This document shows positions 20,956 to 30,810 of a stretch of DNA of 64,000 bases, piece by piece (within the stretch, counting starts at the first letter, position 1; each line of letters begins with the position of its first letter). The DNA is from a virus, in IMG/VR virus record IMGVR_UViG_3300025131_000005; one strand, given 5' to 3'. The position numbers were made by a program, and so were the translations under genes. Below the pieces are notes generated by a model that did not search any database, had not been told where the DNA came from, and saw only the letters and a program-made list of their open reading frames with translations.

Positions 20956-21198
20956 ATGTCTAATAATACTAAAGATGATTATATCATTGAATACATAAAG
21001 GCTTTTGATACTGTTGAGAGGGAAATGGAACCCTTTAAAGATCATAAAAGAGATCTTAAGAAGAATTATATCGAAAACGGATGGCTTTCTAAAGAAGATA
21101 TCAGCCTAGCTGTAAAAGCATATCGAATGATAAAGCGTGGGGATAGCATTGATAATTTTATTGATATGCATGACAATATCAAAAAGAGGATTATTTAG
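20956..21198 (+). CDS. Small dsDNA-binding protein (DsbA/GapR-like)
   Basis: 80-aa helical protein, YIKAFDTVEREMEPFKDHKRDLKKNY pattern; AGGAGG SD. Confidence 0.4.
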   Translation: MSNNTKDDYIIEYIKAFDTVEREMEPFKDHKRDLKKNYIENGWLSKEDISLAVKAYRMIKRGDSIDNFIDMHDNIKKRII

Positions 21199-21206
21199 GA
21201 GAAAAT

Positions 21207-21488
21207 ATGTTTTTGAGACCTTGTAATAGATATCTTGTAGTTGAGCCCATAGAAGAAGATCAACTAGAAGATAATCCAAGAATATTATTGCCTGATGATT
21301 ATAAACAGTCCAATCCATTTGGAATAGGAAGAATTGTTGGTCGAGCAACCGATTGCAGTGTAGAGGCATTTGAGGGGGAAATAATCACTTTTTCTAGCAA
21401 TATGTTAGAAAAGATATCAATAAATGGTGAAAACTTCTCTTTGCTTTTAGAGAACTATGTATTGGGAATTTTAAGCGAAATAGAATAA
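21207..21488 (+). CDS. groES: Co-chaperonin GroES-like
   Basis: LRPCNRYLVVEP...ILLPD...GRIVG...VEGEI pattern, 93 aa. Confidence 0.7.
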   Translation: MFLRPCNRYLVVEPIEEDQLEDNPRILLPDDYKQSNPFGIGRIVGRATDCSVEAFEGEIITFSSNMLEKISINGENFSLLLENYVLGILSEIE

Positions 21489-21507
21489 TGGTGCTTAGTA
21501 AAAGTTT

Positions 21508-22239
21508 ATGGTTGTAGATTTTGAATGGGATAGTATAGCTATAGGAACGTCGCTGGGTGCGATGGAATCTGCTTTTGAAAGTGGCTCTCCTGTCTTATTT
21601 AACAGGGAGCCATATTTTTTTGAATTTGAAGAGTCAGATGATGGGGAGTCCAAAAAGAAAAAATGGCAACGCTTGGCATCTGCTATTGCCATACGAGGCT
21701 TGAATCCTTTCGGAAATAAAATAACTTCTATTAGAATTAATGATGGTTATTTAGAAGTAATATGCAGTACTAAAAAATATAAAGTATCTTATAATAAGAT
21801 TATATTTTTTGATGATGAAAACATAGAGAATTTTCCATTTGAACGATTGAAATATAATAAATACAATATATATGATTGGTTCATTGTACGATCTGGTGCT
21901 TCCCATGAATATAATTTTTTGGAAGGAACCGACTCTTTCGTGAAGAAAATTTATTTCTTCAGCAAAATCAATCTTCCTAAATATAAAGACTGTGTTTCTC
22001 ACTCTATTGTCGAGAAAGATAATATGGAGAATTTTGATTTCTCTCCCACAATGACAAGAATGAAAACAATAAATATGATGAAAGAAGCCGGAGTAAAAGG
22101 AACACAGCATACTCGGACTTATCGTTATCCCATCAAATTAGAGTTTATAAGACGCGAAGTATCTAGAATTAAAGAAGAAATCTTTAAAGAGAATGGTATA
22201 TATATTTTAGATACCAGAGAATCGAAGGATATTAAATAG
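21508..22239 (+). CDS. Hypothetical protein with a degenerate Rossmann-like N-terminus
   Basis: WDSIAIGTSLGAM resembles a decayed FAD-binding GxGxxG. Confidence 0.35.
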   Translation: MVVDFEWDSIAIGTSLGAMESAFESGSPVLFNREPYFFEFEESDDGESKKKKWQRLASAIAIRGLNPFGNKITSIRINDGYLEVICSTKKYKVSYNKIIFFDDENIENFPFERLKYNKYNIYDWFIVRSGASHEYNFLEGTDSFVKKIYFFSKINLPKYKDCVSHSIVEKDNMENFDFSPTMTRMKTINMMKEAGVKGTQHTRTYRYPIKLEFIRREVSRIKEEIFKENGIYILDTRESKDIK

Positions 22240-22241
22240 AA

Positions 22242-23102
22242 ATGGGTTTTCATTTGGCCGGTATTATTCCTATCGCTGGTCCAAAATTAGATTTTAATTT
22301 TCCATGGCACGACTGTATGATGCCCATAGGAAGGGATTACTTGTCCATAGAACGCGCCGTATTGGAATGTGCATATGCGGGGTGCGAAACGATCTGGATC
22401 GTCTGTAACGACGATATGCAGCCACTTATAAGATATAGGTTAGGCGACTATGTGAATGATCCCGTTTGGGTTTATAGACATTATGAACGAGATAAGAGCG
22501 AGAAAAAGAAACTAATCCCTATTCAGTATGTTCCCGTGCACCCAAGAGATAGAAACAAGAGAGATTGTTATGGGTGGTCAATTCTTTATGGCGCAAAGAT
22601 TGCCGACAAAATCAGCAAAGGTCTAAGTACATGGGTTCGCCCAGATCGTTTTTACGTTGCTTTTCCATATGGTATTTATCCACATTGGCACCCACGATCC
22701 CATCGCCCAGAAATTTCTGCACCCAAAGAACAGAAAGTATTATATCGCTTTAATGACAAAACAATAATGGATGGAGAATATCTTGGGTTTACATTCAACC
22801 ATTCAGACTTAGAACAATTTATGGCCGAGGTCAAAGAAAAATCCAGTGGACTCTTTAAGACGAATACAAGAGAAAGATTACCAATTGGTGAAAGATATTC
22901 TTATAGATTTTTTACATTAGATAAGATTTTTGATACATTAAAAACTGATAATGTAATTTTTATTGATGTCGAAAGATATTACAGAATCGATTCTTGGGAT
23001 TTATATAGTGATTACATGGAGAAAGAAGCTAAAACATTTTATCCTATCCCGCGAAGTTTGATCAATAGTTCAGAATTTAATCCTATAGGAATCGATGACT
23101 AG
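22242..23102 (+). CDS. Sugar-phosphate nucleotidyltransferase-like protein
   Basis: LAGIIPIAG...MMPIG...AYAGCETIWIV is the NTP-transferase N-terminal pattern. Confidence 0.55.
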   Translation: MGFHLAGIIPIAGPKLDFNFPWHDCMMPIGRDYLSIERAVLECAYAGCETIWIVCNDDMQPLIRYRLGDYVNDPVWVYRHYERDKSEKKKLIPIQYVPVHPRDRNKRDCYGWSILYGAKIADKISKGLSTWVRPDRFYVAFPYGIYPHWHPRSHRPEISAPKEQKVLYRFNDKTIMDGEYLGFTFNHSDLEQFMAEVKEKSSGLFKTNTRERLPIGERYSYRFFTLDKIFDTLKTDNVIFIDVERYYRIDSWDLYSDYMEKEAKTFYPIPRSLINSSEFNPIGIDD

Positions 23103-23188
23103 AGAGATAATTTTATGCCAGGAGCGAAGAGACGAACTATTTAAAACGATACGAATTCCAAAACGTATCTTTATAGGAGAAACAAAGA

Positions 23189-23422
23189 ATGGATACAATT
23201 AACAAAGCTTTTGAACTGGTAAGCGGGGCGGTAGGACAACTCACAGAGTTGCTTTTACTGACCTTGGCGCTTGCAATTGTCGGCCAGGTACTTTATGGTG
23301 CACCCGTCTTAGGAATGGATGTCGTAGGGAATGTCGTCGGCGTAGTTAAATCTCTCGGAGATGCAGGTTTTGTCGGCTTGCTGGCAATCATCCTTTTGGG
23401 GGGCATTCTATTAAAAAAGTGA
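23189..23422 (+). CDS. Small hydrophobic membrane protein
   Basis: 77 aa with two hydrophobic segments; AGGAG SD. Confidence 0.6.
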   Translation: MDTINKAFELVSGAVGQLTELLLLTLALAIVGQVLYGAPVLGMDVVGNVVGVVKSLGDAGFVGLLAIILLGGILLKK

Positions 23423-23497
23423 ATTAATTAGTTGATTTTTTATATCTCCGTTGTTATACTAGTATGGCTTCGGAGATTTTTTTTAAGGAGAAAATAT

Positions 23498-26400
23498 ATG
23501 GAAAGAAGAAAATCCTCAATTCCTTTTGTAGGATTGCATGCACATAGCGTAGTAGGATCACCGTTTGATGCATTCGGATATCCCAAGGAGCATATGGATT
23601 ATGCATATGAAAATGGGTGTCATGCCTTGGCGCTAACTGATCATGGTAACATGAATGGGATGGCACATCAAGTATTGCATGCGAAAGAGATGCAGAGTGA
23701 AGGCAAAAATTTTAAGCCCATATTTGGAGTAGAGGCTTATTTTATACCATCGGTAAAAGAATGGAAAATGCTTTATGAGCAGACGAAAGAAGATAAGAAA
23801 GAAGCTAAAAAACTCCAAAAGAACGATGGCAAAATGACCACTGAAAATGAGGGAGATTCCAAAAAGAAGAATGATCCTCTTTATCGACGCAGACACCTGG
23901 TTCTGTTAGCCCAGAACCAAACAGGTCTCAACAATATATTCAAAATGATTTCTCTATCTCACCAGGGAGACAACTTTTACAGATATCCCAGACTTGACTA
24001 TGAGATCTTAAATGACCATAGTGAGGGGGTAATTGCTGCTTCTGCGTGTCTTGGGGGCATATACGCGGGTAACTACTGGGACAACCTTGAAAGCGGTCCT
24101 GACGCGATTCTGGAGGCAATGAGGGTAACCACTGAAAAAATGCAATCTATTTTTGGGGATCGTTGGTTTGGAGAACTTCAATGGAACAATATATTAGATC
24201 AACATAAACTCAATGAATATATTATACAAATGCATTATGAATATGGTGTTGAACTTATATCTACTGCTGATAGCCACTATCCAAACCCCGAAGCTTGGAA
24301 GGACAGAGAACTCTATAAACGATTAGGATATTTAAATCGACCCAAAAAACCTGAATGGATGTCACCGGGTCTACCAGAAAGTGTTGATGCCATTGGATAT
24401 GAACTTTATCCTAAAAATGGTGATCAAATATGGGAATCTTATGAAAAGTATTCTGAGGAAAAACAGATAGTATATGATGATAAATTGATTTATGATTCAA
24501 TTGTAAAAACGCACTGGATTGCTCATGAACTCATAGAAGATTTTTATCCAGATGACACAGTTCGTCTTCCTGGTTTTGTTATTCCAGAGGGAGAAAGTGC
24601 AACTGAAGCTCTGCAAAGGGCGGCGGTGTCGGGTTTACAAAAAATGAATCTCGATAAGGAGAAGAAATATTGTGAGAGGTTACAGCACGAACTCAACGTT
24701 ATTATAGACCGAGGGTTCTCTAAATACTTTCTTACGATGAAAGCTATAGCTGATAAAGCCACAGAACATATGTTGGCGGGGCCAGGGAGAGGGTCTGCTG
24801 CCGGTTCTCTAGTATCTTACGTTTTAGGTATCACGCAAGTGGATCCTATTAAATATGGATTATTGTTTAGTCGTTTTTTGAGAGCAGATGCAACTGATTA
24901 TCCAGATATCGATTATGATGTTAGTGATGCGTTTGGTCTTAAGGAAATATTAGCTGAAGAATGGGGAGATACAACTGTTGTACCTATTTCAAACTACAAT
25001 ACACTGCAACTCAAGTCTTTAATTAAAGATATTTCTAAGTTTTATGAAGTACCTTTCGCAGAAGTTAACATGGTGACCGGAAGAATGGTTAAGGAAGCTA
25101 CTCCGAAGGCAAAAGAAAAGAGAGGGATTAAAGCGGGACTCTATCTTCCTAAGTTCGAAGAAGTAATGGAATTTTCCGATAGTCTGCAAAATTTTTTAAT
25201 AAAATATCCTCATATCAAGACGCACATTGAGGCTCTTTATGGACAAGTACGTTCTATTAGTCGCCATGCGGGGGGTGTGGTTATTGGTGAAGATTTAGAT
25301 AGGCATATGCCGTTGATTCAAAGCGGCGGCGTAATACAGACGCCATGGGTGGAAAGCGGCACATTGGCTCATTTAGAACCATTAGGGTTTATTAAGTTTG
25401 ATCTCTTGGGGCTTTCGACATTAGAAATGATTGAGTCAGCAATTGCTCATGTGCTGAGAAGATATCATCAAGTAGAAAATCCTACATTTGAGGATGTTAA
25501 AGAGTACTATAAGAATAAGTTACATCCGGATAAAATTGATTTCAATGACACCGAAGTGTATACCAATATTTTCCAAAAGGGAAAGTTCATCGGAGTATTT
25601 CAGTTTACTAACACAGGTGCTCAAAGATTTTGCACAAGAGTAAAACCTACTAATATTATTGATATATCTGCTATTACTTCAATCTATAGACCGGGACCAT
25701 TAAGTGCTAATGTAGATCGATCTTACGTGGAGGCAAAAAGAAATCCCGATGAGATAGAGTATATTAATGAGTTGGTTAAAGAAGTGACAGAAGAGACTTC
25801 TGGCTTCATGATCTTTCAAGAACAAATTGCCCTTTTAGCTCACAAGTTAGGCAAGGATTTAACATTGGATGAGGGTAACAAGCTTCGTAAGCTATTGATG
25901 AAAAAGGGAGCAACCGGTAAAAAAACCCAAGAGACAACCAATATATATAATAAATTTATTGCCGGTTGTCTGGAGAAAAAGATTGATAAGTCAACTGCTG
26001 AAGAGCTATGGCGTAAGTTTGAATATTTCTCTGGTTATGGTTTTAATAAATCCCACGCGGTCTGTTATACAATACTCTCTTATCAATGTGCATGGCTCTT
26101 GAATTATTATCCTGAATGTTGGGTCGCCGCTTTTTTAGACAAAGAACCCGAAACTAGAAAAGAAGCAGCAATTGCTTTAGCAAAGCAGCATGGTTTTAAT
26201 ATACGCGATGTTGATATCAATACTTCATCGGGCACATATTGGGAAATCAGCAAAGATGGAAAAACTCTTATACAGTCTTTAAATTCTATCAAAGGTTTAG
26301 GAGAATCTGCTATTAAACAAATAATAGATAATCGTCCTTTTGAAAATGCTGAAGATTTATTATTTCGAGAAGGTATTGTATACTCAAAGTTTAATAAAAA

Positions 26401-26935
26401 AGCTTTAGATGTTCTTTGCAGATCTGGTGCACTTGAGAGTATTAAAGATGAGAGATTCACAGGTATGAAACATTTTTATCACGCATGTGTTCTTAATCGC
26501 CCTAAGAACAAAAAGAAATTAAGCGAAAATATAGCAGAGTTTTTTGAAGAGGGTGAATTTAGTCGAGAAGAAAAGATTGACTATATTACTGATCTGACAG
26601 GTATTTTTCCATTCGAGATTGTCATATCAAAGGATGTTGATTCCGCAATTCATAGATATGAAGTTCCGGCTTTGGGAGAATGGGATCCAGAACTTGGGGC
26701 TGCGTGGTTTATTCCTCGTGAATTAATTGTTAAAAAAACAAAGAACGATAAAACCTATTGGGTTCTAAAGGTGATAGATAATACCTCAACAGCGAATATT
26801 ATTCGTATTTGGGGTGTTGATCCTAGACGAGATCACATTCATTTAAATCGACCTTATGGAGCACGCTTAGATTATAATGATGAGTGGGGTTTTAGCTTGA
26901 GGTTGAATAAAAATAGATTAGTTTTATTGGGATAA
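23498..26935 (+). CDS. dnaE: DNA polymerase III alpha subunit (family C)
   Basis: PHP motifs (LHAHS, ALTDHG, TADSHY), GPGRGSAAGS, YPDIDYD, KFDLLGL, FNKSHA; start after AAGGAG. Confidence 0.95.
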   Translation: MERRKSSIPFVGLHAHSVVGSPFDAFGYPKEHMDYAYENGCHALALTDHGNMNGMAHQVLHAKEMQSEGKNFKPIFGVEAYFIPSVKEWKMLYEQTKEDKKEAKKLQKNDGKMTTENEGDSKKKNDPLYRRRHLVLLAQNQTGLNNIFKMISLSHQGDNFYRYPRLDYEILNDHSEGVIAASACLGGIYAGNYWDNLESGPDAILEAMRVTTEKMQSIFGDRWFGELQWNNILDQHKLNEYIIQMHYEYGVELISTADSHYPNPEAWKDRELYKRLGYLNRPKKPEWMSPGLPESVDAIGYELYPKNGDQIWESYEKYSEEKQIVYDDKLIYDSIVKTHWIAHELIEDFYPDDTVRLPGFVIPEGESATEALQRAAVSGLQKMNLDKEKKYCERLQHELNVIIDRGFSKYFLTMKAIADKATEHMLAGPGRGSAAGSLVSYVLGITQVDPIKYGLLFSRFLRADATDYPDIDYDVSDAFGLKEILAEEWGDTTVVPISNYNTLQLKSLIKDISKFYEVPFAEVNMVTGRMVKEATPKAKEKRGIKAGLYLPKFEEVMEFSDSLQNFLIKYPHIKTHIEALYGQVRSISRHAGGVVIGEDLDRHMPLIQSGGVIQTPWVESGTLAHLEPLGFIKFDLLGLSTLEMIESAIAHVLRRYHQVENPTFEDVKEYYKNKLHPDKIDFNDTEVYTNIFQKGKFIGVFQFTNTGAQRFCTRVKPTNIIDISAITSIYRPGPLSANVDRSYVEAKRNPDEIEYINELVKEVTEETSGFMIFQEQIALLAHKLGKDLTLDEGNKLRKLLMKKGATGKKTQETTNIYNKFIAGCLEKKIDKSTAEELWRKFEYFSGYGFNKSHAVCYTILSYQCAWLLNYYPECWVAAFLDKEPETRKEAAIALAKQHGFNIRDVDINTSSGTYWEISKDGKTLIQSLNSIKGLGESAIKQIIDNRPFENAEDLLFREGIVYSKFNKKALDVLCRSGALESIKDERFTGMKHFYHACVLNRPKNKKKLSENIAEFFEEGEFSREEKIDYITDLTGIFPFEIVISKDVDSAIHRYEVPALGEWDPELGAAWFIPRELIVKKTKNDKTYWVLKVIDNTSTANIIRIWGVDPRRDHIHLNRPYGARLDYNDEWGFSLRLNKNRLVLLG

Positions 26936-26936
26936 A

Positions 26937-27203
26937 ATGACGACAAATAGAAAGATAAAAAGAAATAAGCAAAAGAAGCAAAAAAAAGAAGCACAAAAGA
27001 AAATAAAGAAACAAATGTTTTTATTTGGAAAACTTCCAAATAAATGCTTGACATGTGATGAAAAATTTGATAAAAAGAGTAAAGAACATGCATTGAGTTG
27101 GAAAGTTATTGTGAGAGAAAAAGAAGAGAAAGTTCATCTATATTGTCCTGAGTGTTGGGGCGCTGCCGAAGACCTTCTTAAAGGAATAGAAAATGATTCT
27201 TGA
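26937..27203 (+). CDS. Small basic Zn-ribbon protein
   Basis: CLTC...CPEC. Confidence 0.55.
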   Translation: MTTNRKIKRNKQKKQKKEAQKKIKKQMFLFGKLPNKCLTCDEKFDKKSKEHALSWKVIVREKEEKVHLYCPECWGAAEDLLKGIENDS

Positions 27204-27687
27204 ATTTACGAAAGTTAATGAAAATGCGGTGACTCCTACTCGAAGTAATCCATCCGACGCAGGGTTGGATTTGTATGCTAGCATCCCCGAGACCCTTGAT
27301 CATGAATCCACAGTGATGAGTCGAACCATTTTAATAAGACCGGGAGGTAATCAAATGATTCCTACGGGGTTGCGTTTTGGAATTCCTCATGGATACATGT
27401 TGCAGGTTTGTAATCGAAGCGGTATGGGCGCAAAGCGTTCTTTGATCGTGGGAGCACACATTATCGATTCTGGATACGACGGAGAAGTTTTCATTGATTT
27501 ACATAATATTGGTTTAGGACCCCAGGTCGTAAGACATGGAGAAAAAATAGCACAAGTGGTATTGATACCGATAATTCATTTCCGCCCTCGCGAGAATACG
27601 AGTGGCTTGCTGTATGAAGAACAGGATCTTGCGATGAGTAATCGTGGAACCGGAGCACTTGGCAGTACAGATAACAAAGGAGTTTAA
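27193..27687 (+). CDS. dut: Trimeric dUTPase
   Basis: AGLDL, RSG, IIDSGYDGE, KIAQ and RGTGALGST motifs. Confidence 0.93.
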   Translation: MILEFTKVNENAVTPTRSNPSDAGLDLYASIPETLDHESTVMSRTILIRPGGNQMIPTGLRFGIPHGYMLQVCNRSGMGAKRSLIVGAHIIDSGYDGEVFIDLHNIGLGPQVVRHGEKIAQVVLIPIIHFRPRENTSGLLYEEQDLAMSNRGTGALGSTDNKGV

Positions 27688-28710
27688 GTGAAAAAAGCTT
27701 TAACATATGATGATGTTTTATTAACGCCCCAGTATAGTGATATTGAGAGTCGAATTCAAGTCGATATTCAAAGTGAATTAGATAATAATATACTTTTACA
27801 TTTACCAATTATATCTAGTCCGATGGATACTGTTACTGAAGACGCCATGGCTCTGGAAATGTTTAGAGCCGGGGGTCTTGGTATTATACATCGTTATAAC
27901 ACTATAAGAGAACAAATTGATATTGTCGATAAAATTTTGCAGGCTGAAAAGAGTGCCCATGTGGGAGCCGCAATTGGTATGACAGGAGATTTTAAGGAAC
28001 GAGCACTTGCGCTTCGATCTGGGGGGGTGACTATCTTGTGTGTCGATGTCGCTCATGGATATCACAGTTTGATGGAGAGATGTTTAAAAACTCTTAAAGA
28101 TCTTTTTGGAAGTTGGGTTCACATTATAGCCGGGAGTGTAGCTACTGTAGAAGGTTTTTCAAAATTATCTGAATGGGGCGCTGATTCTATTAGAGTGGGG
28201 ATTGGAGGAGGCTCTATTTGTTCTACAAGGTTGGTAACGGGACATGGTGTACCAACATTGCAAAGTATAATTGATTGTGCTAAAAGTTCAACAGATACAA
28301 AGATTATAGCTGATGGTGGGTTAAGAACTTCTGGAGACATAGTTAAAGCTTTTGCAGCAGGGGCAGATTTTGTTATGCTTGGTTCTATGCTAGCTGGTAC
28401 ACGCGAAGCTCCAGGTGAAATATTTTCAAGTGATACAGGCAAAAAATATAAAGTATACAGAGGAATGGCATCTAAAGATGCTCAAAGAAAACGAAGTAAG
28501 AAGATTTCAACTCCTGAAGGAATATCCACTACTATTCCTTACAAAGGAAATGTTGCTGCTATTTTGCAGGATTTGGAAGGAGGTATCCGCAGCGGATTCT
28601 CATACTCTGGAGCAAGAAATTTACAAGAATTCCGTGCTAAATCTGTTTTTGTGAAACAGACATCAGCTGGCCAAGCTGAAGGTACAACTCATATTTTAAG
28701 GAGAAATTAA
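27688..28710 (+). CDS. guaB: IMP dehydrogenase / GMP reductase family protein, without CBS domain
   Basis: SSPMDTVT, VDVAHG, GIGGGSICSTR (catalytic Cys), IIADGG and YRGMAS motifs. Confidence 0.85.
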   Translation: MKKALTYDDVLLTPQYSDIESRIQVDIQSELDNNILLHLPIISSPMDTVTEDAMALEMFRAGGLGIIHRYNTIREQIDIVDKILQAEKSAHVGAAIGMTGDFKERALALRSGGVTILCVDVAHGYHSLMERCLKTLKDLFGSWVHIIAGSVATVEGFSKLSEWGADSIRVGIGGGSICSTRLVTGHGVPTLQSIIDCAKSSTDTKIIADGGLRTSGDIVKAFAAGADFVMLGSMLAGTREAPGEIFSSDTGKKYKVYRGMASKDAQRKRSKKISTPEGISTTIPYKGNVAAILQDLEGGIRSGFSYSGARNLQEFRAKSVFVKQTSAGQAEGTTHILRRN

Positions 28711-29054
28711 TGCCAAGAGATCCCTCCAAACCAGATCCCAATAATCGTAAAAAGTTTATGTTTTGGGATTCAGATAAGAGACAAGCTGACCTACGGATAC
28801 GGTTGCAACAAGATGGGTTCACACAATCTCATTTTTTTCGTGCTATGATCACAGGTTATCTAGAAAAGGATATAAACATAATGAAATTTCTTGATCAGTA
28901 TAAGGGAAAGCATATCACGCAAGGACAAAATAAACGTAAACAAATCGAGAGATCTTACAAAGCTGGTGAAGAAACAAAAAAACAATTTGCGTTGGGAGAA
29001 AATGAGATAGAAGATATATTTGATATTATATCGGAGGAATTTCCTGAACTATGA
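28710..29054 (+). CDS. Hypothetical protein (possible DNA-binding regulator)
   Basis: Coupled ORF of 114 aa. Confidence 0.5.
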   Translation: MPRDPSKPDPNNRKKFMFWDSDKRQADLRIRLQQDGFTQSHFFRAMITGYLEKDINIMKFLDQYKGKHITQGQNKRKQIERSYKAGEETKKQFALGENEIEDIFDIISEEFPEL

Positions 29055-29311
29055 AATGTATAGAGGATGTAAGAAAAAGCAAGACACCATGCCAAGAAAA
29101 AGAATGTAGAAAATGGATCGATTATCCTTGTGAGTATAATTGTATTTTGGAAACAATAGAGAAGTCCGGAGGGAATCGCTTAACTCTTCGCGAATGCTCA
29201 AAACGTCTACACATTAGTTTTGTTAGGGTGAAACAAATAGAAGACCAAGCACTTAAAAAATTAAAAAAGAAAAATTTATCACCTTTTAAAGACCTAATAG
29301 GAGATTTTTAG
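29051..29311 (+). CDS. Sigma70 region-4-like HTH protein with a Cys-rich N-terminus
   Basis: RLTLRECSKRLHISFVRVKQIEDQALKKL. Confidence 0.65.
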   Translation: MKCIEDVRKSKTPCQEKECRKWIDYPCEYNCILETIEKSGGNRLTLRECSKRLHISFVRVKQIEDQALKKLKKKNLSPFKDLIGDF

Positions 29312-29362
29312 CATTTTGAATACTATTTATCAATGAATCTTTTTATTCCCAGGAGTTACATA

Positions 29363-30034
29363 ATGAAAAAGAACCTTCTTACCGAATCAGAAATTAGAAA
29401 ATTTATGAAGTTCGCCAACATACCCGGCGTCAACACCGAAAATTTTGTTGAGAAGCTTCAAGAAGGAGATGTACTTAACGAAGATGCATCCCACAGTGCC
29501 AAAAAGGGTATTACTGAAGGTGCTTTTGCCGAGTCGCGAAGGCGCGGCGATGCGGGTTATGTTAATGAAAGGGAAGAAGATTGGGGAATGGGTGACGAAG
29601 AGGAATCACGCACTCATCCTGGCGAAGAAGATTACACCACCAAGAAGGGTGACGAATTAAAACATGATGAACCGGGACCAGGATGGGGCGAGAAAGAAGA
29701 CGAAGAAGCTTATAATGAAGCCGTCCTCGCGGAAGATGACATTGATGTTAAAGAACTAGTTACAAAATTGTTGCAGGTTATTTCTGATGAAACTGGCGTC
29801 GAAGCCGAAGTGGTCGGAGATGATGGAGAAGAAGTAGAAGGTGAAGAAGAAGTAGAAGGTGAAGAAGAATTTGTCGGTGATGAGCTTGAAGGGGGTGATG
29901 AAGACGATATGGCTCCAAGTGATGATGTAGAAGATATTGAAGATCTTGAAACCGACACTGAGATGGTAGCTGAAATTGAGGATCTTGTTAGTGAAGTAAC
30001 AAGGCGAGTCGCCAAGAGACTTCTTAAGCAGTAA
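29363..30034 (+). CDS. Highly acidic protein, possible head scaffold or core protein
   Basis: D/E-rich, EEVEG repeats, several L-x-E sites; ACTATTTAT upstream and a terminator downstream. Confidence 0.5.
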   Translation: MKKNLLTESEIRKFMKFANIPGVNTENFVEKLQEGDVLNEDASHSAKKGITEGAFAESRRRGDAGYVNEREEDWGMGDEEESRTHPGEEDYTTKKGDELKHDEPGPGWGEKEDEEAYNEAVLAEDDIDVKELVTKLLQVISDETGVEAEVVGDDGEEVEGEEEVEGEEEFVGDELEGGDEDDMAPSDDVEDIEDLETDTEMVAEIEDLVSEVTRRVAKRLLKQ

Positions 30035-30058
30035 AAGGAATTCACTTGAATTTACATG

Positions 30059-30089
30059 AAGGCAGGGTTTATCCTTGCCTTTTTTTTTT
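30059..30089 (+). terminator. Rho-independent terminator
   Basis: AAGGCAGGG/CCTTGCCTT stem plus a long T run. Confidence 0.8.
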
Positions 30090-30108
30090 GAAATGGAGGG
30101 GAATTAAT

Positions 30109-30810
30109 ATGTTGGGAAAAAATAAAGAAAAAGATAAAAAAACCAAAACAGAACCTGAAACCTCACCTGCGCAGGCAGAGGAATCTTTGAGTCCGGAGGA
30201 TATTTCTCTTCTAATGAATCTCGGAAATTCGTTGAACTCAGATCCTTCCCCCGTCAGGGTTGCAGGATTATACGGAGATATCAATGAGGAGAAGTGTTCT
30301 GAAGTCATTTATTCTATGCTAGTGCTTGCACAATCTGGCAAAACTTTCGAACCTATAGAACCTGACGATCCCGAATCTGAACTAGTGGAATGTTATGAAC
30401 CTTTTGATTTTTATATATCGACTTTCGGCGGCTCGGCTTTGGATATGTTTAGCGTGTATGATGTGATGAGATATATAAAAGAGAAGGTGACGATAAAAAC
30501 TTTTGGTGTGGGCAAGGTAATGTCCGGTGGAACTTTGTTATTAGCAGCTGGTACAAAAGGTCACCGCCGCATTGGAAAATATTGTCGCATAATGATTCAT
30601 GGAGTAATGGCAGGGCAGTCTGGACACTTATTAGATATAGAAAATGAATTTGAAGAATCCAAGATGACTCAAAAGTTATATGTGGAGGCCCTGGCTGAAG
30701 AAACTAACATGACTAGCAGATATATTAAAAACTTAATTAAGAAGAAAACGAATGTTTATTTATCAGCTCAAGAAGCTGTTGATTTAGGAATAGTAGATAT
30801 AATAGTATGA
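30109..30810 (+). CDS. clpP: ClpP-family protease
   Basis: YISTFGGS, GKVMSGG (catalytic Ser), RIMIH (His) and YLSAQEAVDLGIVD motifs. Confidence 0.85.
   Translation: MLGKNKEKDKKTKTEPETSPAQAEESLSPEDISLLMNLGNSLNSDPSPVRVAGLYGDINEEKCSEVIYSMLVLAQSGKTFEPIEPDDPESELVECYEPFDFYISTFGGSALDMFSVYDVMRYIKEKVTIKTFGVGKVMSGGTLLLAAGTKGHRRIGKYCRIMIHGVMAGQSGHLLDIENEFEESKMTQKLYVEALAEETNMTSRYIKNLIKKKTNVYLSAQEAVDLGIVDIIV

Noticed and set aside
15251-26935. Inteins or group I introns in recA, helicase, nrdJ or dnaE
   Set aside because: The ORFs are uninterrupted and of normal length, with no splice motifs or embedded homing-endonuclease motifs seen.
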